64,000 nt of DNA, from contig JAKPMO010000004.1 in NCBI GenBank assembly GCA_029548865.1, positions 172,747 to 236,746 of the forward strand. The letters are read 5' to 3'. The notes beneath the pieces were generated by a model that saw nothing but the letters and a program-made list of their open reading frames with translations, had not been told where the DNA came from and did not search any database. Positions 49,124 through 58,461 of this stretch are shown here, piece by piece (within the stretch, counting starts at the first letter, position 1; the number at the start of each line of letters is the position of its first letter). A program made the translations under genes and the position numbers. This stretch comes from Caldisericota bacterium (GTDB lineage Bacteria > Caldisericota > Caldisericia > JAAYUI01).

Positions 49124-50982
49124 CCAAAAGGAGCTTTATTGTCGGAACAGCAGGACACGTTGACCACGGGAAATCAACCCTTGTCACAAGACTGACCGGT
49201 ACTGATCCCGACAGGCTCCCTGAAGAAAAAGCCAGACAGATGACGATCGAGCTTGGTTTTGCAAAGCTTGACCTCCCCTCCGGAAGGATGTGTGGAATCG
49301 TTGATGTGCCAGGCCACGAGAAACTGGTCAAACAGATGCTCATGGGCGCACAAGGGTTTGACCTGGTAATGTTCACTGTTGCATGTGATGAAGGACCAAA
49401 ACGCCAGACCTATGAACATCTATCAATCCTGGATATGATTGGGATCCGGGTTGGTGTCATTGTGCTGACAAAATGTGATTTGCCCCACGACGATGCAGTT
49501 TTGCAATCACAACTCGATTCAATGCTTACAAACACCTCTCTCGAGGCAATGCCAAGAATAAAGGTTTCAGCCTACACTGGGGAAGGGATCGACGAACTCA
49601 GGCAAACTATCGATGATCTGCTTGACCATGCTATCCCAAGACCTCTTAATATGCCAGCGTTCTATCCAGTTGATAGAGTATTTACAGTCAAGGGATTTGG
49701 AATAGTGACCACCGGCACCCTCTGGCAGGGCCAGGTGAAAAAGGGTGAAGAGCTGGAGATATTCCCTTCAAGGAAAAAAGGCAAATTGAGAGGGATAGAG
49801 AGTTTTGATGCCCAGATTGAAACTGGTGATGCTGGTTCAAGGCTTGCCCTCAATTTTCAAAACCTCGATAAGGAAGACATTTCAAGGGGAAACATTCTTG
49901 CCACCCCTGGGAGATTTGACCCGACAACAGAATTTGATGCAAAAATTCGCCTCATTGAAAAAGTGAAAAGGCGTACAAGGCTAAAGTTCCATTATGCAAC
50001 TATCGAGCAGGAAGTTGATTACAGCGATATAGGAGGTGGTTTTGCAAGAATAAAATTGGAAGGGCCGCTCCCCCTCACAAAGGGTTCCAGATTTATCCTG
50101 AGGTCGATTGCCCCGGCAGATACGGTTGGCGGTGGTGAAGTGGTAGACCTCCACCCAGAGGGTAAGCTCAATGCCCCGGAAACGCTCCAGAGACTTGAAA
50201 ATATCGGCCAGATTGATGATGAAAGCTATCTTTCAACGATGGTTTTTGAGCGTAGGAAATCAGGTTTTGAAGTGTCCAGGCTCAGAGGGCTTGTAAACTG
50301 GCCAGATGACAGATTTGCATTGTTTCTCAAAAATGGCCCCCATAAGACAATATCCGGCAATCTCTATGACAACAATGTTTTTGATTCATCATCAGCAAAA
50401 TTGAGCAAATTGCTGACAGATTTCTTCAAATCGAACCCGTCCAGGAATTCCATTTCAAAAAGCGAGGCAAAAGCCAAGCTGATGCCGGAGATAAACGAGA
50501 ATCTTTTTTCAGAAATCCTTTTGACTGCCATAAAAGAGCCATTGCACATGATTGGTCAGGATATATCCCTTTCAAATCAGACCATACAAAAATCACAAAC
50601 CGAGGTTGGAATAGAAAGAGAACTCCTGAGAGAGATGTTCTCCCCTCCAACTCTCTCGGAGCTCAGAAAAATACCTGCTTTTTCCAGAAACCTGCGTGAA
50701 ACCGAAGCAGCAATTTCAAAAATGATCGCGGAGAAAATAATAATCAAATCTGTAGATGATCTTTTCTTTCACAAAAAAGCTGTGGTAAAGGCTTATCTAA
50801 TAATGAAAGCACTCATAGAAAAAGATGGTTCAGCCAAACTCGCACAGTACAGGGACGAAGTAGGTACAACTAGAAAGTATGCCCAGGCAATGCTGGAGCT
50901 ACTTGATGCCCTTGGCTTAACAAGAAGAGTAGGTGAAACCAGAGTGCTCGGTTATAAGACTCTTGACATTGGTGGTAAATAG
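49120..50982 (+). CDS. selB: Selenocysteine-specific elongation factor SelB
   Basis: GTAGHVDHGKS, MTIELGF, DVPGHE, TKCD; C-terminal winged helix TRKYA..LELLD..TRRVG. Confidence 0.96.
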   Translation: MTKRSFIVGTAGHVDHGKSTLVTRLTGTDPDRLPEEKARQMTIELGFAKLDLPSGRMCGIVDVPGHEKLVKQMLMGAQGFDLVMFTVACDEGPKRQTYEHLSILDMIGIRVGVIVLTKCDLPHDDAVLQSQLDSMLTNTSLEAMPRIKVSAYTGEGIDELRQTIDDLLDHAIPRPLNMPAFYPVDRVFTVKGFGIVTTGTLWQGQVKKGEELEIFPSRKKGKLRGIESFDAQIETGDAGSRLALNFQNLDKEDISRGNILATPGRFDPTTEFDAKIRLIEKVKRRTRLKFHYATIEQEVDYSDIGGGFARIKLEGPLPLTKGSRFILRSIAPADTVGGGEVVDLHPEGKLNAPETLQRLENIGQIDDESYLSTMVFERRKSGFEVSRLRGLVNWPDDRFALFLKNGPHKTISGNLYDNNVFDSSSAKLSKLLTDFFKSNPSRNSISKSEAKAKLMPEINENLFSEILLTAIKEPLHMIGQDISLSNQTIQKSQTEVGIERELLREMFSPPTLSELRKIPAFSRNLRETEAAISKMIAEKIIIKSVDDLFFHKKAVVKAYLIMKALIEKDGSAKLAQYRDEVGTTRKYAQAMLELLDALGLTRRVGETRVLGYKTLDIGGK

Positions 50983-50991
50983 TATTAGTGT
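50963..50991 (+). promoter_or_regulatory. Promoter for selC/trk overlapping the selB 3' end
   Basis: TTGACA-17nt-TAGTGT, 15 nt before the tRNA. Confidence 0.6.
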
Positions 50992-51006
50992 CTCCCTTCT
51001 GATCGC

Positions 51007-51098
51007 GGGAGCGGTTGGGCTCTGGTGGGCCTCCTGGACTTCAAATCCAGTGTGGGGTGAACTCCCCGGGTAGGTTCGATTCCTATGCGCTCCCGCCA
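51007..51098 (+). tRNA. selC: tRNA-Sec (TCA)
   Basis: CTGGA-CTTCAAA-TCCAG anticodon arm, 6-bp D stem with TGGT loop, long variable arm, GCCA end, next to selB. Confidence 0.96.
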
Positions 51099-51117
51099 AT
51101 TACACTAGAGGTGAAGC

Positions 51118-51768
51118 ATGAACATCATTGTGATTGGTTGTGGAAGGGTCGGTTCGGCGCTTGCAACCATATTGTCTGTGGACGGTCACAACGTTTCAGT
51201 TATAGATGAAGACGAGTCTGCATTTGACAAACTTCCTCAAAGTTTTTGTGGTAAAAAAGTCGTTGGCATTGGTTTTGATTCACAAACGCTCATAGAAGCA
51301 GGGATAGAAAAAACAGATGCAGTCGCAATCGTGACCCCATCTGATAATACCAACATCATGGTTGCAGAAACCGTGAGGTCAGTCTTTGGCGTAAAAAATG
51401 TTGTCGCAAGAATTTATGCACCCAGAAAGAAAAGAACCTATGACAGATTGAATCTAAGGTCTGTTTGCCCGACAACTTTGGGCGCCTACCAGATATACGC
51501 AGAACTCCTCAGTTCCATGGTTGAATCAAAATTGCCACTCAACAATGGCGATTTTGAGCTGCTTGAGATACCAGCATCCTCAGTGGATGAAGAAGAAACG
51601 AGGAGTTTTGAGAAGGAAAGCGGATCAAAGATAGTCGGCGCAAGAACAGACACAAGGGTTGTTTTTCCCTGGCTTGGTGAAAAACTTGATGACGTTAGAT
51701 CGTGGATAATCCTTGCACCTACAAGTCACCTTCGTTCAATAGTTGATTCGATTGTGGGAGGTGCATGA
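51118..51768 (+). CDS. trkA: TrkA family potassium uptake regulatory subunit
   Basis: IVIGCGRVG, DNTNI. Confidence 0.9.
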   Translation: MNIIVIGCGRVGSALATILSVDGHNVSVIDEDESAFDKLPQSFCGKKVVGIGFDSQTLIEAGIEKTDAVAIVTPSDNTNIMVAETVRSVFGVKNVVARIYAPRKKRTYDRLNLRSVCPTTLGAYQIYAELLSSMVESKLPLNNGDFELLEIPASSVDEEETRSFEKESGSKIVGARTDTRVVFPWLGEKLDDVRSWIILAPTSHLRSIVDSIVGGA

Positions 51769-52436
51769 TGTATATGATTATTGTTGGTGGAGGGAAAGTA
51801 GGCTCCAATCTGGCAAAAATTCTCATTGCACACAAACACCAGGTTGCCGTCATAGAGGCCGATGAAGACCACTGTAAAAAAATTGTCCAGTCAACGAGTG
51901 CCCTTGTGATTCGCGGTGACGGAACAGAAATAAAATACCTGGAAGAAGCAAACGCTGGGGCAGCAGATATTCTTGTTGCAGTAACCGGTTCCGATGAGGA
52001 CAACCTCGTTGCCTGCCAGCTTGCGAAGGCAGCTTTTGGAATCAAAAAAGTCATCGCAAGGGTAAACAACCCATTAAATGACCCCGTGTTCCAGGCACTC
52101 AAGATTGATGTTATATTTGATAGCACTCTTATTCTGGCAAAACTCATTCACGAGGGGCTTGGTATTCAAGACCTCATCAACCTTACTCCCATTGCAAAAG
52201 GCAAACTGAGGGTCCTCGAAACAACCATATGCAACCGCCAGATTGAAGATATACCACTCATTGAACTTGGGTTGATAAAAAAAGGTATCCTTGTAGTCTC
52301 AGTAGTAAGGGGTGACGAAGTTTTCATACCCCATGGTGCAACAAAGCTGAAAGCTGGTGACCAAATCACTGTTGTTCTTTCACCAGAAGCAGAACCAGAA
52401 TTGACGGAGATCCTTACAACATGCAAGACGAACTGA
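51765..52436 (+). CDS. trkA: TrkA family potassium uptake regulatory subunit (second copy)
   Basis: IVGGGKVG, GDG, DEDNL, RCK-C PHGATKL. Confidence 0.92.
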   Translation: MMYMIIVGGGKVGSNLAKILIAHKHQVAVIEADEDHCKKIVQSTSALVIRGDGTEIKYLEEANAGAADILVAVTGSDEDNLVACQLAKAAFGIKKVIARVNNPLNDPVFQALKIDVIFDSTLILAKLIHEGLGIQDLINLTPIAKGKLRVLETTICNRQIEDIPLIELGLIKKGILVVSVVRGDEVFIPHGATKLKAGDQITVVLSPEAEPELTEILTTCKTN

Positions 52437-52603
52437 TATTAAAAAATGGCAGCAATCAAAACAGAGTGGGAAAATCGACAAAAAAATATGAAGCCATAAG
52501 AAATATCGCTGTAGGATTTTCAAGTGAAATCCTCTTTCTATCATGTTTATTTCTCTGGCTAGCATTGTTGTCGGCCCTGTTTTTCTTCACTTTATTCAAA
52601 TAG
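52421..52603 (+). CDS. Small single-TM protein in trk operon
   Basis: 60 aa, C-terminal hydrophobic helix, fills the trkA-trkH gap. Confidence 0.5.
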   Translation: MQDELILKNGSNQNRVGKSTKKYEAIRNIAVGFSSEILFLSCLFLWLALLSALFFFTLFK

Positions 52604-52606
52604 ACC

Positions 52607-54127
52607 ATGCTTAGAAAACTGACAATATTCGATCTTAAGGTAATCCTGTACTATACGGGGAAGATAATTTTTGGGCTCGCCCTAACCATGATCATTCCGC
52701 TGGCGATAGCGCTTATCTACAAGGAATTCGACAGTGCGCTTGATTTCGCATTGGGCATGAGCGTATCCATAATATTTGGCCTTGTTTGCATGAGACTCAT
52801 GAAAACCAACAAGTCGCCAAATTTGTTTCAATCAATGACCATTGCGGCTTTGACATGGATATTTGCTTGCTTGTTCTCTTCCATACCATTTTATCTTTCT
52901 GGTCATTTTCAATCATATCTGGATGTACTTTTTGATCTGATGTCTGGTTTCACAACTACAGGGTATTCATTGATACAGGATTTGGATCATGTAAGTAATG
53001 CCTTAAACATGTGGAGGCACTTGATCCACTATATTGGTGGTCAGGGTATTGTGGTAATGGCTCTGAGTTTTCTCATAAAGAATTCAGGTGGTGCGTTCCA
53101 ACTTATGGTTGGTGAGGCCAAAGATGAACCACTTGAACCTTCAATCACAAAAACAGCCCAGAATATATGGATAATATCACTTGTTTGCCTTTTTATGGGA
53201 ACAGCTATGGCAGCAATTGCTGCTTACTATGATGGTCTTGCATGGGACAGAAGCATCCTTCATGGTTCATGGATGTTCATGTCGGCTTGGAGCACCGGCG
53301 GTTTCGGGCCTTGTACCCAAAATTTGCTCTTTTATCATTCGTATGCTTTTGAAATTATCTTGTGTATCTTCATGATGATGGGATCAATCAATTTCTCATT
53401 GCATTATATTGTCTGGAAAGGCAAACCCAAGGAACTCCTCAAAGATATAGAAATCAAATCATTGGTCGTTACTTTGTCGATTACTACCATGCTTGTTGCC
53501 TGGGGACTCTCATCCACGGGCATTTTTACAAACCTTAATGCAGTATTGAGAAGAGGAATAGTGCTTGTTGTCTCTGGTCATACGGGTACCGGCCAAATGA
53601 CGGTATACGCAAAACAGTTGGTTCATAGCTGGCATCCTCTTGCCTATATGGGGATATGTATAGCTATGATGCTTGGCGGGTCCGCGGCATCAACTGCTGG
53701 TAGTTTCAAGGCCCTTCGAATCGGGATTTTTTTCAAAGGATTGATCCATGAAACAAAGAGATTGATTCTGCCAGAATCAGCAGTTTTCAAGATGACTTTT
53801 CACCATATCAAAGATCAGATAATTGAATCTGGGATGGTGAAAATGGCAGGTTTGATTATTTTGTGCTATTGTTTTATCTATCTTTTCGGCGCAGTGGTTG
53901 GAGTGGCTTGTGGCTATCCGTTAAGTCAGGCAACTTTTGAGTCCATATCTGCCGGAGCAAATGTCGGATTGACAATGGGTGTCGTATCACCATCCATGCC
54001 GGCCATTTTGAAAATAACCTACATTATAACGATGTGGCTTGGCAGGCTTGAGTTCCTGTCCATCTTTGTACTCATTGGAAGCGTCGGGCTGGCGATTGGC
54101 CAGGCTTTCAAGGGGGGTAGAAAATGA
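52607..54127 (+). CDS. trkH: TrkH family potassium uptake membrane subunit
   Basis: Four pore loops SGFTTTG, SAWSTGG, SGHTGTG, SAGANVG; GRLE. Confidence 0.93.
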   Translation: MLRKLTIFDLKVILYYTGKIIFGLALTMIIPLAIALIYKEFDSALDFALGMSVSIIFGLVCMRLMKTNKSPNLFQSMTIAALTWIFACLFSSIPFYLSGHFQSYLDVLFDLMSGFTTTGYSLIQDLDHVSNALNMWRHLIHYIGGQGIVVMALSFLIKNSGGAFQLMVGEAKDEPLEPSITKTAQNIWIISLVCLFMGTAMAAIAAYYDGLAWDRSILHGSWMFMSAWSTGGFGPCTQNLLFYHSYAFEIILCIFMMMGSINFSLHYIVWKGKPKELLKDIEIKSLVVTLSITTMLVAWGLSSTGIFTNLNAVLRRGIVLVVSGHTGTGQMTVYAKQLVHSWHPLAYMGICIAMMLGGSAASTAGSFKALRIGIFFKGLIHETKRLILPESAVFKMTFHHIKDQIIESGMVKMAGLIILCYCFIYLFGAVVGVACGYPLSQATFESISAGANVGLTMGVVSPSMPAILKITYIITMWLGRLEFLSIFVLIGSVGLAIGQAFKGGRK

Positions 54128-54675
54128 GGCACTACATCGCGATATTGACTCTGGCAATCATTGTTCTGGTGCCGCAAATAGCTTTCGCTTCTTCACCAGT
54201 CTATTCCCCAACGGATCTGATCACAAAAGCCCTTGAGCTTGATGGAAAAACCATCACCGTGCGTGGAGAAGCAATCACCGAGGCCCTGGAACGCAATAAT
54301 GGCTACTCATGGGTAAATATATTTGACGGTTCTTCTGCGATAGGCATCTGGATGAAAAATGACCTAAAGGACCAGATAAAAAATTATGGGACAAATCTTG
54401 TCAAAGGCGATATCGTAGAGATTACAGGCAAATTTTTCAGAAACGATCCAGAGGCAGATGGCGAGCTTGATCTAAGGGCAGATTCACTGAAGATTGTGGA
54501 AAGTGGCTATCCTACGCCAGAAAAAATAAATCCATTAAAAGTTATCATTCTGGTGATATTGTCTCTTGTTGCCCTGCTTCTTTTTGCCGACAACATATAC
54601 AAAAACAAGAAAAAAACACAGGAGAAAAAAGAAGATTTCGAGATAGAAAATGCTATCCACGAAGAACTGGAATAA
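54124..54675 (+). CDS. Exported OB-fold protein with C-terminal TM anchor
   Basis: Signal peptide; DGKTITVRGE, KGDIVEITGKF; C-terminal TM. Confidence 0.7.
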   Translation: MRHYIAILTLAIIVLVPQIAFASSPVYSPTDLITKALELDGKTITVRGEAITEALERNNGYSWVNIFDGSSAIGIWMKNDLKDQIKNYGTNLVKGDIVEITGKFFRNDPEADGELDLRADSLKIVESGYPTPEKINPLKVIILVILSLVALLLFADNIYKNKKKTQEKKEDFEIENAIHEELE

Positions 54676-54676
54676 A

Positions 54677-54883
54677 TCATTCTTCTTCGATTGATTTCCT
54701 GATTCTCTCGGCGTCCTCTTCGGTTATCTTTCCTTCTTTTAGCGCTCTCTCAACATTTTCAAATATTTCCTTGTTCTCTGGTTCTTCTTTTGGGTTTCTC
54801 CTGCCATACCAGAGAACAAATGCGAGTGCTACAGCAATTGGCACGATTATCAACGGTAATATCCAGAGTATCATCATGATCAA
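54677..54883 (-). CDS. Small TM protein with SHOCT-like C-terminus
   Basis: N-terminal TM; LKEGKITEEDAERIR. Confidence 0.5.
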   Translation of the reverse strand: MIMMILWILPLIIVPIAVALAFVLWYGRRNPKEEPENKEIFENVERALKEGKITEEDAERIRKSIEEE

Positions 54884-54921
54884 ATTAAAACGGGCCCTGA
54901 CCTTGTGGTCAAGGGCCCGTT
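54884..54921 (-). terminator. Intrinsic terminator
   Basis: AACGGGCCCT..AGGGCCCGTT stem followed by a T-rich run on the minus strand. Confidence 0.8.
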
Positions 54922-54946
54922 GGAAATTATTTCTTCTACTCTTGAA

Positions 54947-55417
54947 TCAGGCAACATTCATCTGGTCTTTTATCCAGGCAAACACGGCCCCAAAAACACC
55001 AAGGCCAATGATATAGAAAATGGTAAGGATAACCAGCCATATATCATTTCCAATGCCGAGACCCACTCCTGCCATTGCATGTCCGAACGGCGTAAAACCA
55101 AAATGAAGAAGAAGTCCAAAAATCAAATCAAGTATAAAAAACACCACACCATACAAGATTCCCACCATGGCGCCCTTGTCCCAGCCTTTGCTTATGTCTT
55201 TCCAGCAATACATAAGCCCACCCCAAGTCAGAGCGGTCATAAACAGGGCAGAAAAAGCCGTACCAACATAGGACCCAAAAACACTAAACAATCTCGAAAT
55301 AAGCATCAGTCCAAAACCAAGTATCAGGGCCTTTATGATATGAATGGTACCCTTTTTTATATGAATGTCTGTTGTACCCTTGCTCATAAACTCTTCTTTC
55401 ATTGTATCGACGTCCAT
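54947..55417 (-). CDS. Hypothetical 4-TM membrane protein (paralog of 55568-55951)
   Basis: AAGGAGG SD; four hydrophobic segments. Confidence 0.75.
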   Translation of the reverse strand: MDVDTMKEEFMSKGTTDIHIKKGTIHIIKALILGFGLMLISRLFSVFGSYVGTAFSALFMTALTWGGLMYCWKDISKGWDKGAMVGILYGVVFFILDLIFGLLLHFGFTPFGHAMAGVGLGIGNDIWLVILTIFYIIGLGVFGAVFAWIKDQMNVA

Positions 55418-55510
55418 AAATTCCTCCTTATTCGGTTTGTATTGTTAAATAATATGGGAAATAACCCTGAACATAATTTACAAAGAATTTACAAGTATGG
55501 GCAATTTGAT

Positions 55511-55546
55511 AAAAAAATGGGTCGCCATTTTTTGGCGACCCATTTT
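55511..55546 (-). terminator. Intrinsic terminator
   Basis: AAAATGGGTCGCCA..TGGCGACCCATTTT perfect stem with T tail. Confidence 0.85.
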
Positions 55547-55567
55547 GTGCTTCTAGGATATTTCGAA

Positions 55568-55951
55568 TTACTTCTGCTCGTTTATCCAGCCAAGCATTCC
55601 GCCGAAGAGTGCGATACCAACGAGATCGCCCCACCATCCTGGCCAGCCAAAGAACGCGCCATAATCGCCAGCAAATTTCATGAATGGGAAGGTCCCGCCC
55701 CAGTTAATGTAAGAGAAGATTATCGTTACGATAGCAAAAATTATCGCATAGATAAGGCCAGTGACAACACCATCTGCAAGTCCCTTAACATCCTTCATTG
55801 CATACACAAGGAGACCATAAATCCAGATGAACATGAGGAGTTTGTTTAAAAATTCGCCAATCCCCGGAATCTGTGCAAAAATCCAGCTCAAAACAATCCA
55901 CCCGATAGAGATCAACAGTGCATAAATAATGTGCTTTACGTCAAATTTCAT
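55568..55951 (-). CDS. Hypothetical 4-TM membrane protein (paralog of 54947-55417)
   Basis: GAGG SD; four hydrophobic segments. Confidence 0.75.
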   Translation of the reverse strand: MKFDVKHIIYALLISIGWIVLSWIFAQIPGIGEFLNKLLMFIWIYGLLVYAMKDVKGLADGVVTGLIYAIIFAIVTIIFSYINWGGTFPFMKFAGDYGAFFGWPGWWGDLVGIALFGGMLGWINEQK

Positions 55952-56172
55952 TTCAATAAACCTCCTCTTATTTTTATTTCAGAGCTTTCTACCCTGATAC
56001 CACCTTTGATGTTCTTAACTTTCAAAAGGTTACACTTAATGATCACGTTGCCAAAAAATACTTGAAATGATATTTGGCCATTGGGCCCCCAAAGAGGACT
56101 CATTTCAATAAAAGATATTAACCAACCTTGTTTGAGAAGGTCATTTAATGTTATATAATTATCCGGGCTCAT

Positions 56173-57750
56173 ATGAAAAAAATCTCGACAGCGATACTAC
56201 TTACAGCAATCTTTCTTGCAGGCTGTGTTGCTCCAGGCCAGGAAACACCCGTAAAACCGGCAACAAGCCCAAAAATCGCCACCAATGATTTCTTCCCGCT
56301 TGGTTGGTTCACCTCTCTTAGCAAAGATGAAATTGGCGGCCTTAAAGATGTTGGGGCCAATTTCGCCATTACCTATGTCCTCTCTGGAAGGCTAAAAAAA
56401 GAACTGCTCTCTGATGTACTTGATGAGGCCGAGAGAAAAAATATAAAAGTGCTCCTGGATGTCACATCGGACTGGAAGTGGTTTGATGATGACATGCCAA
56501 TACCTAACGATCCTATTGGCGACTGGAACTGGAGCCTGGACCACGCCTACTCGAAAAGGGCAAGCCACCACGGCGGATGGAACGACGAACTGAACAATCA
56601 TGGTTTCGTCATGCCCGAAGCTGGTTACCCGGCAATGAATGTCCAGGACCACGACATGATAGAACAGTGGGTCTATATACCATCAAAAAATGACGTGAAA
56701 GAATTGATGATCGAGTTTTACGCTTCAAAGAGTGGTCCATCATTCAGCTGGAACCACAGGGTATATTGGGGCGAAGATCTCATAAAAAGGGGCGACCCAA
56801 AAGATAAAGAAATTGTCAGCCCTTTCAGGGCCGGCGATCTCCCAAAAGAAAGAGATAAGTGGGTAAAGCTGACTTTCAGGGCCAATGACATCAATCTTGA
56901 CGCCACGCTAGTTCGCGGCGTCAATTTCATCAATTACGGCTCACAGGTCTATTGGGACCTGATGACCAGAAGGACCGGCAAAGAGCGCATACAAGAGAGG
57001 GTCAACTATCTAAAAGGCAAAAAAGCCCTTTTTGGCTGGTATCTTTGCGATGAGCCAGAGCTGAGGAATATTGACCCACCAAGGCTCAAAGAGATTTATG
57101 ACCAGATAAAGGAAGTTGATCAGGAGCATATAATTGCCCCTGTCTTTCAGGATTGGAAGGTCATGGAGCAATACAGGGACTCATGTGATATCTTCTTCCT
57201 GGATTGTTACCCGGTGACAGTAAAAAGCAGGAGCATGGACTGGATGACCCAATGGGTAGTGGAAGGTGCAAGGGTCGCTGCAAAATATAAAAAACCGTTT
57301 GTTTTCGTGCCTCAGGGGTTTGGTGATGCGCCAGAATACCCACTATGGACAATGCCAACAAAACACGAGCTCAGGTGGATGACCTGGACGCCCATTATCC
57401 TTGGCGCAAGAGGCGTCTGCTACTGGGCCTATTACAAAGCATCGAAAGAAATCGTTGAAGAATCGGGAAAGCTTTTCAAAGAGATTGGTTTGTACAAGGA
57501 TTTTTTGACAAAAGGCACACCAGTGACCGGTCTTTCTTCAAGCATCACCTCAGACAGTGATTTTGATGGAAACCCCGACCTCATGTACAGCGCCTACGAT
57601 TTTGCAGGGAGACGTCTCTTAATGGTTTCAAATGGGACATCAAGAAGGTTCGACAATGTGAAGTTGGTGGGGCCAGGATACGAGAAAGATTTTGATCTTG
57701 AGCCTTATGGGGTCAAGATAATCATGGAGAATTTGGAGGACAACAGATGA
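56173..57750 (+). CDS. Lipoprotein, glycoside-hydrolase-like barrel with inserted beta domain
   Basis: Lipobox LAGC; FFPLGWF, LFGWYLCDEP, DCYP, GARGVCYWAY. Confidence 0.7.
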   Translation: MKKISTAILLTAIFLAGCVAPGQETPVKPATSPKIATNDFFPLGWFTSLSKDEIGGLKDVGANFAITYVLSGRLKKELLSDVLDEAERKNIKVLLDVTSDWKWFDDDMPIPNDPIGDWNWSLDHAYSKRASHHGGWNDELNNHGFVMPEAGYPAMNVQDHDMIEQWVYIPSKNDVKELMIEFYASKSGPSFSWNHRVYWGEDLIKRGDPKDKEIVSPFRAGDLPKERDKWVKLTFRANDINLDATLVRGVNFINYGSQVYWDLMTRRTGKERIQERVNYLKGKKALFGWYLCDEPELRNIDPPRLKEIYDQIKEVDQEHIIAPVFQDWKVMEQYRDSCDIFFLDCYPVTVKSRSMDWMTQWVVEGARVAAKYKKPFVFVPQGFGDAPEYPLWTMPTKHELRWMTWTPIILGARGVCYWAYYKASKEIVEESGKLFKEIGLYKDFLTKGTPVTGLSSSITSDSDFDGNPDLMYSAYDFAGRRLLMVSNGTSRRFDNVKLVGPGYEKDFDLEPYGVKIIMENLEDNR

Positions 57751-57932
57751 CCAGGTGGACACTCATAGTTGCTTCATTGGTAATGATGGCAGGCGGTATA
57801 TTGATGATGGTCATCAAGGATATAAACGGCCACCCAATTGGCGTTCCAAGTCAAATTGCACCCGTAGTTGGCTGGATAGTGATAATACTTGGATTTCTGT
57901 TCCTGATGTTGTCGATGATAAGAAGTGAGTAG
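57747..57932 (+). CDS. Small 2-TM membrane protein
   Basis: GGAGG SD, overlaps both neighbours. Confidence 0.7.
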   Translation: MTRWTLIVASLVMMAGGILMMVIKDINGHPIGVPSQIAPVVGWIVIILGFLFLMLSMIRSE

Positions 57933-58461
57933 CGACAAAAGCGAAGAAAAAAACCTCGTAGAGAGGGCAAAAAAAGGCGAAGAATCTGCCTTTACAGAAA
58001 TTGTTGAACTTTACGCTGACAAGGTTTTCTCTGAAGCCTACTATATCATGAACAATCGCGAGGACGCGCTTGACGCTTCCCAGCTTGTTTTTTTAAGGGT
58101 ATTCCAGAACATAAAACATTTCAAAGGTGAGTCACTCCTTTCAACATGGATTTACAGGATAACAGTAAACACATGTTTAAGGGAATTGAAAAAAAGAAAC
58201 AGGAAACCACCTGAACCGGATGACGATGACCCAGACCCGCAAGATGAAGTCATAAGGAATGAAGAGGAAAAGATCGCCATGGAAATACTGGCGAAACTTC
58301 CTGAGCCTTACAGAGTCATATTGATTATGAGGGAGATGAATGACATGCCCTTCAAGGACATCTCAGATGTGCTAGGCATCTCCGTCAACCTGGCCAAAGT
58401 AAGGGCTTTCAGAGCCAAGGCCAGGTTCAAACAACTTTTGGAGGAACAAGAGAATGGGTAA
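57925..58461 (+). CDS. ECF RNA polymerase sigma factor
   Basis: DALDASQ, STWIYRITVN (region 2); region 4 LP..YR..LGIS..RAK. Confidence 0.92.
   Translation: MSSDKSEEKNLVERAKKGEESAFTEIVELYADKVFSEAYYIMNNREDALDASQLVFLRVFQNIKHFKGESLLSTWIYRITVNTCLRELKKRNRKPPEPDDDDPDPQDEVIRNEEEKIAMEILAKLPEPYRVILIMREMNDMPFKDISDVLGISVNLAKVRAFRAKARFKQLLEEQENG

Noticed and set aside
51007..51098. Aberrant tRNA-Sec (G opposite G at the eighth acceptor-stem position)
   Set aside because: All other Sec-tRNA features are intact; a single mismatch is not enough to claim a new type without a covariance-model comparison
54905..55849. 314-aa plus-strand ORF
   Set aside because: Antisense shadow of two membrane genes; crosses a terminator; no recognisable motifs
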